A stretch of DNA of 63,625 bases, the filler included, from Octopus bimaculoides (taxonomy: Eukaryota): the NCBI RefSeq assembly GCF_001194135.2. It is 6 parts of 6 records of this genome, joined end to end, with 100 filler letters (N's around TTAATTAATTAA, not from the genome) between each part and the next. Parts side by side here need not be neighbours in the genome. Positions count along the whole stretch, not along the records: positions 1 to 26,414 come from NC_069009.1; 5 more parts are not named here. One strand, 5' to 3'. Every line of letters begins with the position of its first letter. Positions within the stretch are counted from its first letter, which is position 1. Both the position numbers and the translations under genes were made by a program. Below, piece by piece: positions 10,501-22,350 of this stretch. The notes beneath the pieces are model-generated. The model did not search any database and had not been told where the DNA came from. It saw nothing but the letters and a program-made list of their open reading frames with translations.

Positions 10501-12159
10501 GTAGAAGAAGCCTCACTAGCCAGCAGAAGTCAAATGCCACTCAAGGAGAAGATTGTTGGTTGGTACCAGTTTCTCGGGAAATCAATTAAAGGCAGAAAGA
10601 AGAGAGTGGTGGAACTATCAAGAGAGGTGACACTACTGAGATATAAACTGAATTTGCCAATTACTTCCAAGCTTGAAAATGTTTTCCTTTAAATGACAAA
10701 TGCACCAAAAAAGGAAAAAAATATGAGCCATTAGAAGAAATGAATGACTCAATGAGGATGACAAAACACAGTACTCCATCCAACTCCAAAACAAGGGCAA
10801 AGTGGGTTATTCGAGAAGCAAAGCTGCAAGAAAGCACATGATCCATCCCTCCAAGAGAAGATGCTCTTATGCTGAAGCCACCCATTCTTTATCAACTCAA
10901 CAGCCCTGGATACTGACAGTGATTCTAAAGAAGAGATTGAAGAGTGCAATAATGGTGAAGATGATAGAGTTGATCAAAGCATTTATTTATCCACAAGAAA
11001 GCATAAATCTGCAATTGGTATGAGATTTGTGACTGGAACAAACATCTCAACCGACAAAGCTGTGAAAATCTGCAAACAATTATCAGAGGAGGACATTCAT
11101 ATTCCAGCTCCTAATCAGCAAGGCATTTACAATGCACTGTACAAGAAAGGTGGTGAAATGAAGAAACACTTGATCGATATGCTACGCAATCAGAAATGGA
11201 ACCGTAGATTTCATCAAGAATGAAACAAGAGAAATCAAGCTGGCTGCTCTGAAGCTGTGTGATGGCAAGGCTGAGACCATTGCTGAAGAATTGAAAAGCG
11301 TCTTAATGATTATAACTGATACGCGTGTGAATGCAGGATGAAAAGATGGAGTAGTGGTTAGATTGCAGGGAATGTTCTTGAGCCAAAGGCTATGACAAGC
11401 CACAGTGTGTCGGCTGCTAACGCCATGTCTTGGACAGAATCCGGCGCATTGCTACGGATGAGGTGCCAGCAATTCACTGAACATCGCATATTTTCTTGTC
11501 AAAGAAGTTATGACAAGTTATGAAGAACTCTAAGGCTCCTTGCAGAATGGAACTCATCATTGAAGATGAAGCTGGTTGGAGCGATGATATGAAGTTTTTG
11601 TTCCACTCAACCTGCAACTTCAGGTTCTTCCATGAAAAGGGAGACATACCTTCCATCAAGTTCCACAAAAATTCCAAACATCAGTAATGCCGGATGGAAT
11701 TCGCAATCAATCTTAGCCCTTCTTGCATCTTATCTCATGCCACACGTGAGAACTTGTAGATGATCTGCCAGTGCATCTTATGTGACTGGGTAGATCACTG
11801 GTTCAGTGACCAAGTGTATAGAGCTGAAGATTATGCAGAGCTATTGCAAACCTTACTACCCTACAAGACTCCTTTGAAATGCTTGACAAATCATTGGAAC
11901 GAAAAGCCCTCAAAACTAAACATCAGCAGAAGCAATCAAAGTTGAGAGCCAGCAATTAAGGTCATGCAAGAATTACATGCTTCATGCAAGAACAAAGCCA
12001 ACCTGTCATTGCGTTTCATTCTCTCTATTAGAATTTCCGCAACTTTTGATCAAATACAAAAAAAAAACAAAAAACATACATTGATTTTCATAGTCTTCTA
12101 GCAAAAACTCATCAAAATATGATACAGGACTATGGAGTTACAAAAAAGTCGTATCCCTA
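10500..12159 (+). mobile_element. Decayed DDE DNA transposon, hAT-like (hATm-type suggested)
   Basis: Broken frames give KLCDGKAETIAEEL..MIITDT.VNAG*KDGVVVRLQ, CVGC*RHVLDRI (CxxH), IPNISNAGWNSQSILALLA and ISRSNQS*EPAIKVMQE. Right end ...gtatCCCTA (TAGGG on the opposite strand). Left end not seen. Confidence 0.6.
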
Positions 12160-12194
12160 GAGCATACAGCACAGTGAGATTCTGTGACCAGATT

Positions 12195-12340
12195 TTGGGT
12201 AGGTGTTTTGCTTGCTACGGGCAGGTCTTCTTGAGCATGGCAGGGCACCAACCTTCCTGATCCATTACCATCTCCTCTGTGAGGCTCAGCAACTTCAGGT
12301 CAGCTTTCACAACATCAATTCATACTGCTTGGCATAGATC
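12195..12340 (-). mobile_element. RTE LINE 3' end fragment
   Basis: Minus-strand ...DVVKADLKLLSLTEEMVMDQEGWCPAMLKKT, resembling the RTE terminal W..VV..DL..L.L...M..DR..WR motif. Confidence 0.6.
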
Positions 12341-13662
12341 TCTAATAGCATTTACTAAGGCATTTGAAGACGATGCAATACCACTATTTAGTGGATCATC
12401 TTAATGAAGCAAACAATTAGTATTGCATCATCTTTGAAGAACACAATTGAAATGACACAGGTTGACCTCCATCCTACAATGTTTTACATCTGATTTCTTA
12501 TTACCCATGCGGGCTAACATAGGGGGGACAATACAATGTGATTGGGGTCACATACAATCGAATGATATAAAATTTTCATGTATAATGAAATCGAATGAAT
12601 TACAACACAATAAATTACAAGCAATAAATCCCAAACAATAAATCACAAACAATAAATCACACGATGCGGTGTTCAAAACAGGTATGCTCCGACCCCACGA
12701 GCCCTGTCTTTAGCACCGACTTACTGNNNNNNNNNNNNNNNNNNNNNNNNNNNNNNNNNNNNNNNNNNNNNNNNNNNNNNNNNNNNNNNNNNNNNNNNNN
12801 NNNNNNNNNNNNNNNNNNNNNNNNNNNNNNNNNNNNNNNNNNNNNNNNNNNNNNNNNNNNNNNNNNNNNNNNNNNNNNNNNNNNNNNNNNNNNNNNNNNN
12901 NNNNNNNNNNNNNNNNNNNNNNNNNNNNNNNNNNNNNNNNNNNNNNNNNNNNNNNNNNNNNNNNNNNNNNNNNNNNNNNNNNNNNNNNNNNNNNNNNNNN
13001 NNNNNNNNNNNNNNNNNNNNNNNNNNNNNNNNNNNNNNNNNNNNNNNNNNNNNNNNNNNNNNNNNNNNNNNNNNNNNNNNNNNNNNNNNNNNNNNNNNNN
13101 NNNNNNNNNNNNNNNNNNNNNNNNNNNNNNNNNNNAAATTAGGCTGATAGACGAAGGAAACTTACCTTTACAATGTAGAGGTGTTTGATTTTCAACTGTA
13201 TTTAGCTTCTGGAATATCCCTTTTTAGAGACCAACAATTTTCACTAAGAAAAAAAAAACTAGGATTTTTTGCGTGGAATCAAGTACCCTGACCTCCTAAT
13301 ATGCTGCAAACTCCTTATTTTTGTTCGGAAAAAGGGACCCTTCACTTAGGAAATAACTCAAAGATTGATTCAATTACAAATTAAAACTGGTGTGCGAACA
13401 ACTCGGAAGACACACGTCTATTTAATTTCCAGACAGGGTGGACAGGTTGAGTAAAGACGAAAAGGCAAAAACGAAGCGGAGTACCAAAAATGTAAGAAAT
13501 TTGTTACGAAAGTCTTGTCTTACTAAATACTTTTTCTCAGATTACGCCACTAGAATGATCGCATGATTTGCAATTTGACGTAATTAACTGTCGTGGAGGA
13601 TTGGTTCTCGCGTGACTGCGTACCTGTTATAGAAATTTCGTTTAAACAAATGCGTTTGACCC

Positions 13663-13866
13663 GAGCTCAAAAGCAGAAAAGAAATAGTGATATAGGTGTA
13701 AAACAACTTGCTGTGAACGAATATGAAAAAAATGCGACCTCGCGAACGGGGTGGGGTGGGTAGAAGCCTCAGAGCATTCACATCGTGAATGTTCCGAGAC
13801 GCCTCACCGGAGCCAAAAAACAAAAGAAACATAGTGTAATAGATGTAAAACAACTTGCTCTGAACG
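13663..13866. repeat. Diverged direct repeat with 147-bp period running into an assembly gap
   Basis: gtaaaacaacttgctgtgaacg (core at 13701) and gtaaaacaacttgctctgaacg (core at 13848), each preceded by a similar gagc..aaaa..a.aaaagaa segment. Confidence 0.6.
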
Positions 13867-15699
13867 NNNNNNNNNNNNNNNNNNNNNNNNNNNNNNNNNN
13901 NNNNNNNNNNNNNNNNNNNNNNNNNNNNNNNNNNNNNNNNNNNNNNNNNNNNNNNNNNNNNNNNNNNNNNNNNNNNNNNNNNNNNNNNNNNNNNNNNNNN
14001 NNNNNNNNNNNNNNNNNNNNNNNNNNNNNNNNNNNNNNNNNNNNNNNNNNNNNNNNNNNNNNNNNACACACACAAAGAGAAATGGTTGTTTCAATGTCGA
14101 TATTTTCGTTGCTTTGAAACCGAGACTTGTTCACTGACAAAAAAGATGCAGCACGAGTTTTTGTCAGGCGTTTGCCATGGTTTCAAAGAACGAAAATATT
14201 TAGACCCAAACGAAATTTAAATTTTGCGATGAAAGTAACGGCTTTTGTTGTTCTCGAATTACTTACAAACATCTTACACGCTGCAGATTCTCTTAAATAT
14301 TCTACCTTACCCTGCCCCTACTTACAAAACTTGCCACTCTTATCCTTTTTTTCTTTTTTTGATTCCTTACACAGACAGTTCATGATATTAAAATAAATTC
14401 TCTTTCACATGCCTTTAAATTGTTGGTAAAGAAATAATTATAACCTAGAATATATATATGTGTGTATAGAACAGACATCTTTCAAACTGAAAGTATTATC
14501 TCACATTACAATAGAGACGTAATACTGAAATAGTGTAAGAGATAAGAGATTGCTTTGGGCTCCCATTAGGCAAGAAGTTGGAGATTTTTGGGGGCCAATG
14601 ACACTGCATAACCTTGGCTTGAAGACTGTTACATTAAGTATTTTATTTCCTGTTTATGTAGATAGGAATGTATAAGCCGATGAGGGTGACCTCCACATTG
14701 TAGGTAGACGTAGCTAGACCTTGTGGAAAGAGTAGCCAAATCTCCCTCAAAACATCCTACTGTATTAATCCGACAATTCTGTCTATTATGTAGTTTGAAT
14801 GATAAACTGTAACTAAAGAATAAGATTATTAACCGCAACATTTTAAGCGTTTAAATAGCTATAAACGTTTTCTCCTTTTTTGTTTAATTAATATGGTTGC
14901 CCCTTAACTCGGAGTTTTTTTATGTCAGCTCTAATAGTGAAGAAGGTTAACTTGAACAGTGTTAAGTAGTGGAGATGTTCGGTGATTATATGTGGTTGTT
15001 ACTTTTTTCTATTTCTTCTCAGTAAGGATAATTGATTGATAACGAATCTTAAAACAATATATATACAACTTCAAGTGGAATCAGACATCATAAGAGAGAC
15101 AGAGAGAGGAAAGAAGAGAGACAGCATAGCAACGGTTTTGGCTGATTGTCATCCTGTACTCACCTTGTTGCTAGCGAAATGGTATGTGCCAGCTGTCTGA
15201 GCAACTGGTTGTTTTTTAACGACGGAACAAACAAGACAATTACAAAAACAGCAATTCTCACTTTGAAGTTAACAATTTCGAAAATCTTTTTAGATTACGG
15301 AACGCCCCGCACTTTCATGCATCCATGTTTAAACTTTTAGCGCGAGCGGATGAACAATGCTTGAATTATAAGCGCANNNNNNNNNNNNNNNNNNNNNNNN
15401 NNNNNNNNNNNNNNNNNNNNNNNNNNNNNNNNNNNNNNNNNNNNNNNNNNNNNNNNNNNNNNNNNNNNNNNNNNNNNNNNNNNNNNNNNNNNNNNNNNNN
15501 NNNNNNNNNNNNNNNNNNNNNNNNNNNNNNNNNNNNNNNNNAAAAATATCACAAGAACTGTTAGTAAGAGTTCCACGTTCCTGTTCATCGGATAGTTTGG
15601 TTTAGAATGGCGTAAGATAAAGTTATACGCAGAAATACAATTACTTTGATAGATGCACATTTAAAAATGGATTTGTTTCATTGGTCCTTTCAACTAACG

Positions 15700-16470
15700 G
15701 TCTTTTCAATAACCGGTTATGTGAAAGAGGAAATTGCGACCTGTCCAACCACCTAATCTATATTCCAAAATTCTTCATTCCATACTATTACGCCTCTCTC
15801 TGCCCCATCACTTAAACTCTATCACTTCATAACTGACACTCCTTTACCTTTTACATTATACCCTTCTCTCTCTATCACCGCATTCCTTCTATCTTTTACA
15901 CTCTAATACCTTTCTCTCTCTATCACCCTTATCTTCCCATTCCTACTTTTAAATTATCTACACTGACCACTAACTGGTACACTTTCCCTTAACTCTCTCC
16001 TTGTTTTTCTTTTCCTTTTTTTCTTTTCTTTATTCCTCTCTTCCTGTTTTTTCTTTTCTTTTTTCTTCCTCTTTTCTTTATTCCTCTTTCCCTGTTTTCG
16101 ATTTGACCTTACAAATAGATTCCCTAATTTTAGGTCACTTTAAATAAAGCCCTTGATGCAACAGTACTGTGTACAAACTCTATGCTTGGAATGACCAATT
16201 TTAAATACTATTGGATTTTGCGCATAAGGTATTGGAATCATATATGTAAACCATCCTGCCTAAATAATGGATCTACAAATGCAATATCCCTGCATATCTC
16301 ACATATATTTTCATTGCTCCACTTCACTCTCTATTTCGTATCTTATCTAAAGTAACTATTGCTTAACCATATTCTCACACCGTCTCCGATGAAGCGATAT
16401 CATAAATATCCTGGAAACAGCTGTAAGACCTATTTATAAATGTTCTAAAATCTTCACAGCCTTGGTTTGT
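15700..16470 (+). mobile_element. Penelope-like element 3' end / pseudo-LTR
   Basis: Pyrimidine-rich tract, YWILRIRYWNHICKPSCLN remnant resembling the GIY-YIG terminal WI..L.T..P.GLN motif, and a hammerhead motif at 16382-16429. Confidence 0.6.
16382..16429 (+). ncRNA. Minimal type I hammerhead ribozyme motif, U4C core variant
   Basis: GUCU-CCGAUGA-agc-GAUAU cauaa AUAUC-cug-GAAAC AGCU GUA-AGAC. Stem I GUCU/AGAC, stem II GAUAU/AUAUC, palindromic ACAGCUGU stem III; predicted cleavage after 16425. Confidence 0.7.
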
Positions 16471-16494
16471 TTTATTTCATTCTGAAAAAAAAGT

Positions 16495-16526
<32 letters not shown>

Positions 16527-16638
16527 TGTATGTATGTANNNNNNNNNNNNNNNNNNNNNNNNNNNNNNNNNNNNNNNNNNNNNNNNNNNNNNNNNNNNNN
16601 NNNNNNNNNNNNNNNNNNNNNNNNNNNNNNNNNNNNNN

Positions 16639-17230
16639 GGGGGGGTATTTTATCAACAGAGTCCCCCTTGCAGTCTATACATGTCTTGTTCCAATTTTTG
16701 ATTCCTGCTGGTGAAGACGTTTTCATCTTGTTGGTGAAAGAATTCAATAGCAGATATGATGTCCTCATCATCGCAATACCGTTTCTCAGCCAAGTATTTA
16801 TCATGTTGGGGAAGCAGATGATAGTTGAAAAGGGGCCACATCAGAAGAATAGCGAGGCTGATGGACCAGTTCAAAGTCATAGTCAAGCACAGTACCATTG
16901 AAACGAAGGCCTTGTGTGCTGGAGCAATGTCCTCATGAAACAAGATCTCTTTCGTTAAGTTTCCTGGTCTTTTCATCATTATAGGCTTTTGGTGACTGCC
17001 TCAGTAATTTGGCATAGTATTCTCGAATGACAGTGTAGCCATTTTGAGTATAATCAATAACAGAATGCCTTTTGCATCCCCTGAAACTGAAGCTGTCACT
17101 TTCCCGGCAGATGAAACGACCTTGGCCTTCTTTAGAACAGGTGAGGAGGGATGTTTTCAATGCATGGATTATTTCTTTGTCTCCGGATCAAAGTGTTGAA
17201 GCCATCACACATCTTGATTTAGGAAATTTT
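16639..17230 (-). mobile_element. Mariner (DD34D-type) transposon, C-terminal half
   Basis: Minus-strand HFDPETKK*SMH.KHPSSPVLKKAKVVSSAGKVTAS, EYYAKLLRQ, KRPGNLTKEILFHEDIAPAHK, RYCDDEDIISA. Confidence 0.85.
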
Positions 17231-18582
17231 CAAGGACACCAAATTGATATATCCCATACTAGCAGACATACCCAGAGTTGCTTGGGATTTAAATGGCATA
17301 ATTTTTCTATATGATACATTTAAGTTTAAACATGTAATACGTGTAAATACAACATTCACGACAAAACATTTGTGGAGTAAATGAAAGGATAACATAGACA
17401 TGGGGATGGGCTCAACAGCACCGCATAAGAGAAATCTACATGAACGAAATGATGTGATGAGGTGAGACTGGCGAGGAGGCGCTTGAAAACAACACTGTCA
17501 TGAGATATTTCGGTGTGGAATCAATAGTCGTGGCTCAACCGTGCACTCCTTCGAGTAAACATTGTGTGATTATTGTGAAGACAATTCAGCTCTCAAAGCG
17601 TCGGGGTACGCAAAGTCACATTAAAGACACGATCTCTAACTAATGTACTTTTGATATTTCGGTTTGTAATCAATAGCTGAAGAATATTTTTATGGGCTTC
17701 GTCTATACTTATAAGGAAGACTTTGATACGGAAGCTAAAAGAAAATAGCTGAATAGTAGCTCAGGATTGAACATATTTTAACATATCTTTCATAATAAAC
17801 ATAGTACTTACCAAACGGTTTTTATTCAAACAAATTGCTACCTATGGTACTACGGGAAGAGGCTATTATTGCTACCACTTAGACACCGCAGTTTGAAGTC
17901 TTCATCGGTTCATCCATTTAATACAGTCTACTTATATCATTTCAGTAGCTGCCTCTTCCAATNNNNNNNNNNNNNNNNNNNNNNNNNNNNNNNNNNNNNN
18001 NNNNNNNNNNNNNNNNNNNNNNNNNNNNNNNNNNNNNNNNNNNNNNNNNNNNNNNNNNNNNNNNNNNNNNNNNNNNNNNNNNNNNNNNNNNNNNNNNNNN
18101 NNNNNNNNNNNNNNNNNNNNNNNNNNNNNNNNNNNNNNNNNNNNNNNNNNNNNNNNNNNNNNNNNNNNNNNNNNNNNNNNNNNNNNNNNNNNNNNNNNNN
18201 NNNNNNNNNNNNNNNNNNNNNNNNNNNNNNNNNNNNNNNNNNNNNNNNNNNNNNNNNNNNNNNNNNNNNNNNNNNNNNNNNNNNNNNNNNNNNNNNNNNN
18301 NNNNNNNNNNNNNNNNNNNNNNNNNNNNNNNNNNNNNNNNNNNNNNNNNNNNNNNNNNNNNNNNNNNNNNNNNNNNNNNNNNNNNNNNNNNNNNNNNNNN
18401 NNNNNNNNNNNNNNNNNNNNNNNNNNNNNNNNNNNNNNNNNNNNNNNNNNNNNNNNNNNNNNNNNNNNNNNNNNNNNNNNNNNNNNNNNNNNNNNNNNNN
18501 NNNNNNNNNNNNNNNNNNNNNNNNNNNNNNNNNNNNNNNNNNNNNNNNNNNNNNNNNNNNNNNNNNNNNNNNNNNNNNNNNN

Positions 18583-18622
<40 letters not shown>

Positions 18623-18624
18623 CC

Positions 18625-19156
18625 TCAGTTTTATATATCTCATATAATATCAGATTTTCGCGAGAAGTGATCATCTGGTGCGCTTTTAATCAGGTGTCAT
18701 AAGACGTGGTACCCACCGAGAAGAAATGTTTGTCATGCCGATTTATATTCTGCAGAATTTCCTCTCTCACTGGATATATTCTAATAGTATTGGCTATTTT
18801 ATTTATAGTCAATCGACTGTCATCCACCACCATATGGTGAACACGATCAATATTTCCCTTGGTGGTAGTAGTGGTCGCACGTCCAGACCTTGGGTCATCT
18901 TCCTCTCCTAAATTCAGCAGCCCATTTTACGCTATCGATAAAGATGGAGGTTCATCCCATAATGTAGTAATCATGTCACCATAAATGTAATGGTGGCTAA
19001 ACCATTTTTTGCCGGTCTTTCATAACCCCAATATGCCAAATATAGTCCATTTTCAAGAGAAGTCGCTTCTACTTCTGAACTATTGAAAGTAATGAATGCA
19101 ATATTTCACAGATCTAGATTTCACAGTCAGCCTATAAACATTTCAACCCAGCCACG
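18625..19156 (-). mobile_element. Mariner transposon, 5' TIR and N-terminal half (same element as 16639-17230)
   Basis: TA-CGTGGCTGGGTTGAAATGTTTATAGGCTGAC terminus on the minus strand; WAAEFRRG..DDPRSGRATTTTTKGNIDRVHHMVVDDSRLTINKIA and SSRWVPRLMTPD (HTH domains, WVPRL motif). Confidence 0.8.
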
Positions 19157-19503
19157 TACGTCTTAAGACAGTGTGTGTGTGTCTGTGTGTGTCTGTGTAA
19201 GTGTGTGTAAAACCCGCAAAACTTCTGATGTTCGCAACTGATTTCTCCAAACTGAGCACATACATCGTCATCAACATCATCATCATCGCCATCATCATCA
19301 TCGTCATCATCACCATCGTCATCATCGTCATCATCATCCTCATCATGATGGTGATAGCAATATCGGCAACGACGAAATATAAATAGGTGATTTCCCCACT
19401 CACCTATTAACAGCCTTGTGTTTCAGTACTCCGTCGACCGTTCCATCCCATGCTATTCCAACCTATCTTGTATTGAATTGCCATAACAATAAATAAAAGC
19501 AGA

Positions 19504-19585
19504 TGCATAAAAGCCGAGTGTTTAAGGCGATGAACTAGAAATCCATTGGGTTTTCCCCGCGTAGGTTCGAATCCTACCGGCGACG
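19504..19585 (+). pseudogene. tRNA-Ser(AGA) pseudogene
   Basis: gccgagtgtttaaggcgatgaactAGAaatccattgggttttccccgcgtaggttcgaatcctaccggcgacg matches eukaryotic tRNA-Ser with long variable arm and T-loop GGTTCGAATCC. The 5' acceptor strand (tgcataa) cannot pair with the 3' cggcgac, and the anticodon stem has a mismatch. Confidence 0.8.
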
Positions 19586-20617
19586 TCAATTACTTACTCT
19601 TTTCCCCGTAACCTAGAGGTTTGGCAAAAGAGACCAATAGAATAAGTACTAGGCTTACAAAGAATAAGTCCTGGGGTCGATTTNNNNNNNNNNNNNNNNN
19701 NNNNNNNNNNNNNNNNNNNNNNNNNNNNNNNNNNNNNNNNNNNNNNNNNNNNNNNNNNNNNNNNNNNNNNNNNNNNNNNNNNNNNNNNNNNNNNNNNNNN
19801 NNNNNNNNNNNNNNNNNNNNNNNNNNNNNNNNNNNNNNNNNNNNNNNNNNNNNNNNNNNNNNNNNNNNNNNNNNNNNNNNNNNNNNNNNNNNNNNNNNNN
19901 NNNNNNNNNNNNNNNNNNNNNNNNNNNNNNNNNNNNNNNNNNNNNNNNNNNNNNNNNNNNNNNNNNNNNNNNNNNNNNNNNNNNNNNNNNNNNNNNNNNN
20001 NNNNNNNNNNNNNNNNNNNNNNNNNNNNNNNNNNNNNNNNNNNNNNNNNNNNNNNNNNNNNNNNNNNNNNNNNNNNNNNNNNNNNNNNNNNNNNNNNNNN
20101 NNNNNNNNNNNNNNNNNNNNNNNNNNNNNNNNNNNNNNNNNNNNNNNNNNNNNNNNNNNNNNNNNNNNNNNNNNNNNNNNNNNNNNNNNNNNNNNNNNNN
20201 NNNNNNNNNNNNNNNNNNNNNNNNNNNNNNNNNNNNNNNNNNNNNNNNNNNNNNNNNNNNNNNNNNNNNNNNNNNNNNNNNNNNNNNNNNNNNNNNNNNN
20301 NNNNNNNNNNNNNNNNNNNNNNNNNNNNNNNNNNNNNNNNNNNNNNNNNNNNNNNNNNNNNNNNNNNNNNNNNNNNNNNNNNNNNNNNNNNNNNNNNNNN
20401 NNNNNNNNNNNNNNNNNNNNNNNNNNNNNNNNNNNNNNNNNNNNNNNNNNNNNNNNNNNNNTAAAATTACATGTCAAGATCTAAGTCGTGAAATCTCTTT
20501 TGTTCATATCTTCCAACAAGAATTACTTACGTAAACATGTTGATAGAAGTTATGACTTATAAGATTTGTCTTTATTCGTATATCGTTAAAACTAGTTTTT
20601 TCGCCAGTTCTGTATAG

Positions 20618-20663
20618 AATGGCTCAGTAGAAAAAGAAGCAGAGAACGATAGAAATGTTACTG
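20618..20663 (+). CDS. Adhesion GPCR gene 2, candidate short exon before the GAIN domain
   Basis: tgtatag|NGSVEKEAENDRNVT-g|gtacga. The phase-1 end joins the next exon to give NVTENVGEIS; two N-glycosylation sequons. Confidence 0.45.
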
Positions 20664-21285
20664 GTACGAAGCTCAAATTCTATTGGTGGTTATAGAATAA
20701 ATAAATCTTCAATGACGTAATCCATATCGATGAATGCGAGCAAGTTATCACTCTCAGCCGTTGCTGTAGTACTACAATTAAAAAGATTTTCATAGGCATT
20801 CAGGACTGTGATGACCGCAATTTCTCTGAGGCAATGAAGAAAACTGACCAATATGGAGCGTTAGATCAGCGGCACGTTTGCTTTTAGGTTCAATTTGTAA
20901 TTGAACAATAATTTTGTTCAAATTGGCAGCTGCTTATGATGGACGCTGTATGACAGATCATTGACTGTCGGCAACATTATTTATAAACACCCACCGCCAA
21001 GAGTATGTCTTACGCAACTACAAAGGATCCCACAGTGTTGTGCAACTCCCACTACCAACGGTTTCATTTAATTCCACCAAGTAGGAGACCCTAAGGATGT
21101 ACAGCAATGAGTATACCACTAACGAACTGAACACATTTAGCAATCTCTGTGTTGTATGAATATGGAGTGGTTAATTTACTTTCATTGATTCATTAATAAT
21201 TGTGTGGCGTTTAATTTGCATCTAATATTTCATCTGAAAGTGACTATAAATTCTCTTGAGTGTTATTTTAAATTTTCCATTGCAG

Positions 21286-21517
21286 AAAATGTTGGGGAGA
21301 TTTCAACAATAGTCCGCGATATTTCCAAGAAATCAGAGTATTTTAAAGCAAAAGATATTGACTTGGCTGTAGACATTCATGAGAAAATGGTGCCATTGAT
21401 ATCGAATGTGTCGGCCAATATAACAGTGAACAATATTCTTCTTAGTATCAACAATATGATAAACACACCGGAAGAGGTTTTGATTGAAGCTGAACAATCA
21501 GAGGGAACTGGGAGCAG
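21286..21517 (+). CDS. Adhesion GPCR gene 2 (ADGRG-like), GAIN subdomain A exon
   Basis: ttttccattgcag|(E)NVGEISTIVRDISKKSEYFKAKDIDLAVDIHEKMVPLISNVSANITVNNILLSINNMINTPEEVLIEAEQSEGTGS(R)|gtaaaa; phase 1 to phase 2. Confidence 0.85.
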
Positions 21518-21542
21518 GTAAAATTCATATCACATTTGTTGC

Positions 21543-21599
<57 letters not shown>

Positions 21600-21622
21600 C
21601 AGAGAAGAAGAAGAAGAAGAAG

Positions 21623-21654
<32 letters not shown>

Positions 21655-21734
21655 CCATAAAACAGATTTGTTAATATAATTAGTGTAATTACACCTGTAT
21701 TTAATTACGATTTTGAAATACACTGTCAATTACA

Positions 21735-22140
21735 GTGGCTGCGTGATAAGTAGCTTGCTTCCCAGCCACATGGTCCCGGGTTCAGTCCCACTGACTGGCA
21801 CCTTGGGCAAGTGTCTTCTACTATAGCCTCGGGCCGAGCAAAGCATTGTGAATGAATTTGGTAGACGGGAACTGTAAGAAACCCGTCGTATATATACGCA
21901 TATGTGTGTATCTGTGTATGTGTGTGTGTTTGTGTGCACGTCTTTGTCCCCCTACCATTGCTTGACAATCTATGTTCGTGAGTTTACATCACTGTAACTT
22001 AGCGGGTCGGCAAAAGAGATCGATAGGATTACTACTAACTTTACAACGAATAAGTCCTGGGGGGGTGGGTCGATTTGTTCGGCTGAAGACGGTGCTCTAG
22101 CATTGCCGCAGTCAAATAATTGAAAAAAATAAAAGGATAA
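21735..22140 (+). mobile_element. Composite SINE family B/C in an ADGR intron
   Basis: Head gtggctgcgtgataagtagcttgcttcccagccacatggtcccgggttcagtcccact...ccttgggcaagtgtctt, (TG)n spacer, tail accattgcttgacaa...taagtcctggg...gcattgccgcagtcaaat. Confidence 0.85.
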
Positions 22141-22178
22141 CGGAATAATAGAGATTTATTTTCTTGATTTTCTCACAG

Positions 22179-22350
22179 AATGCTGGACATTATAGAAGCT
22201 ATCACAGAAAAGATTCCACTGGAAGAGGAACAACTCACAGTTTTATATTCTAATCTTGGTATAGGTGTTATCAAAGTGGAGAATGACACTTTCAATGGTT
22301 TTGCCTATGGTATTTCATTTGGAAATAAAGAAAATGAAGGAAATACAATG
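22179..22350 (+). CDS. Adhesion GPCR gene 2, GAIN exon
   Basis: ttttctcacag|a MLDIIEAITEKIPLEEEQLTVLYSNLGIGVIKVENDTFNGFAYGISFGNKENEGNTM|gtacag. Phase-compatible with both neighbours. Confidence 0.85.

Noticed and set aside
17455-17500. gtgatgaggtg...gcttgaaaac hammerhead-like string
   Set aside because: No C3 and poor stem pairing.
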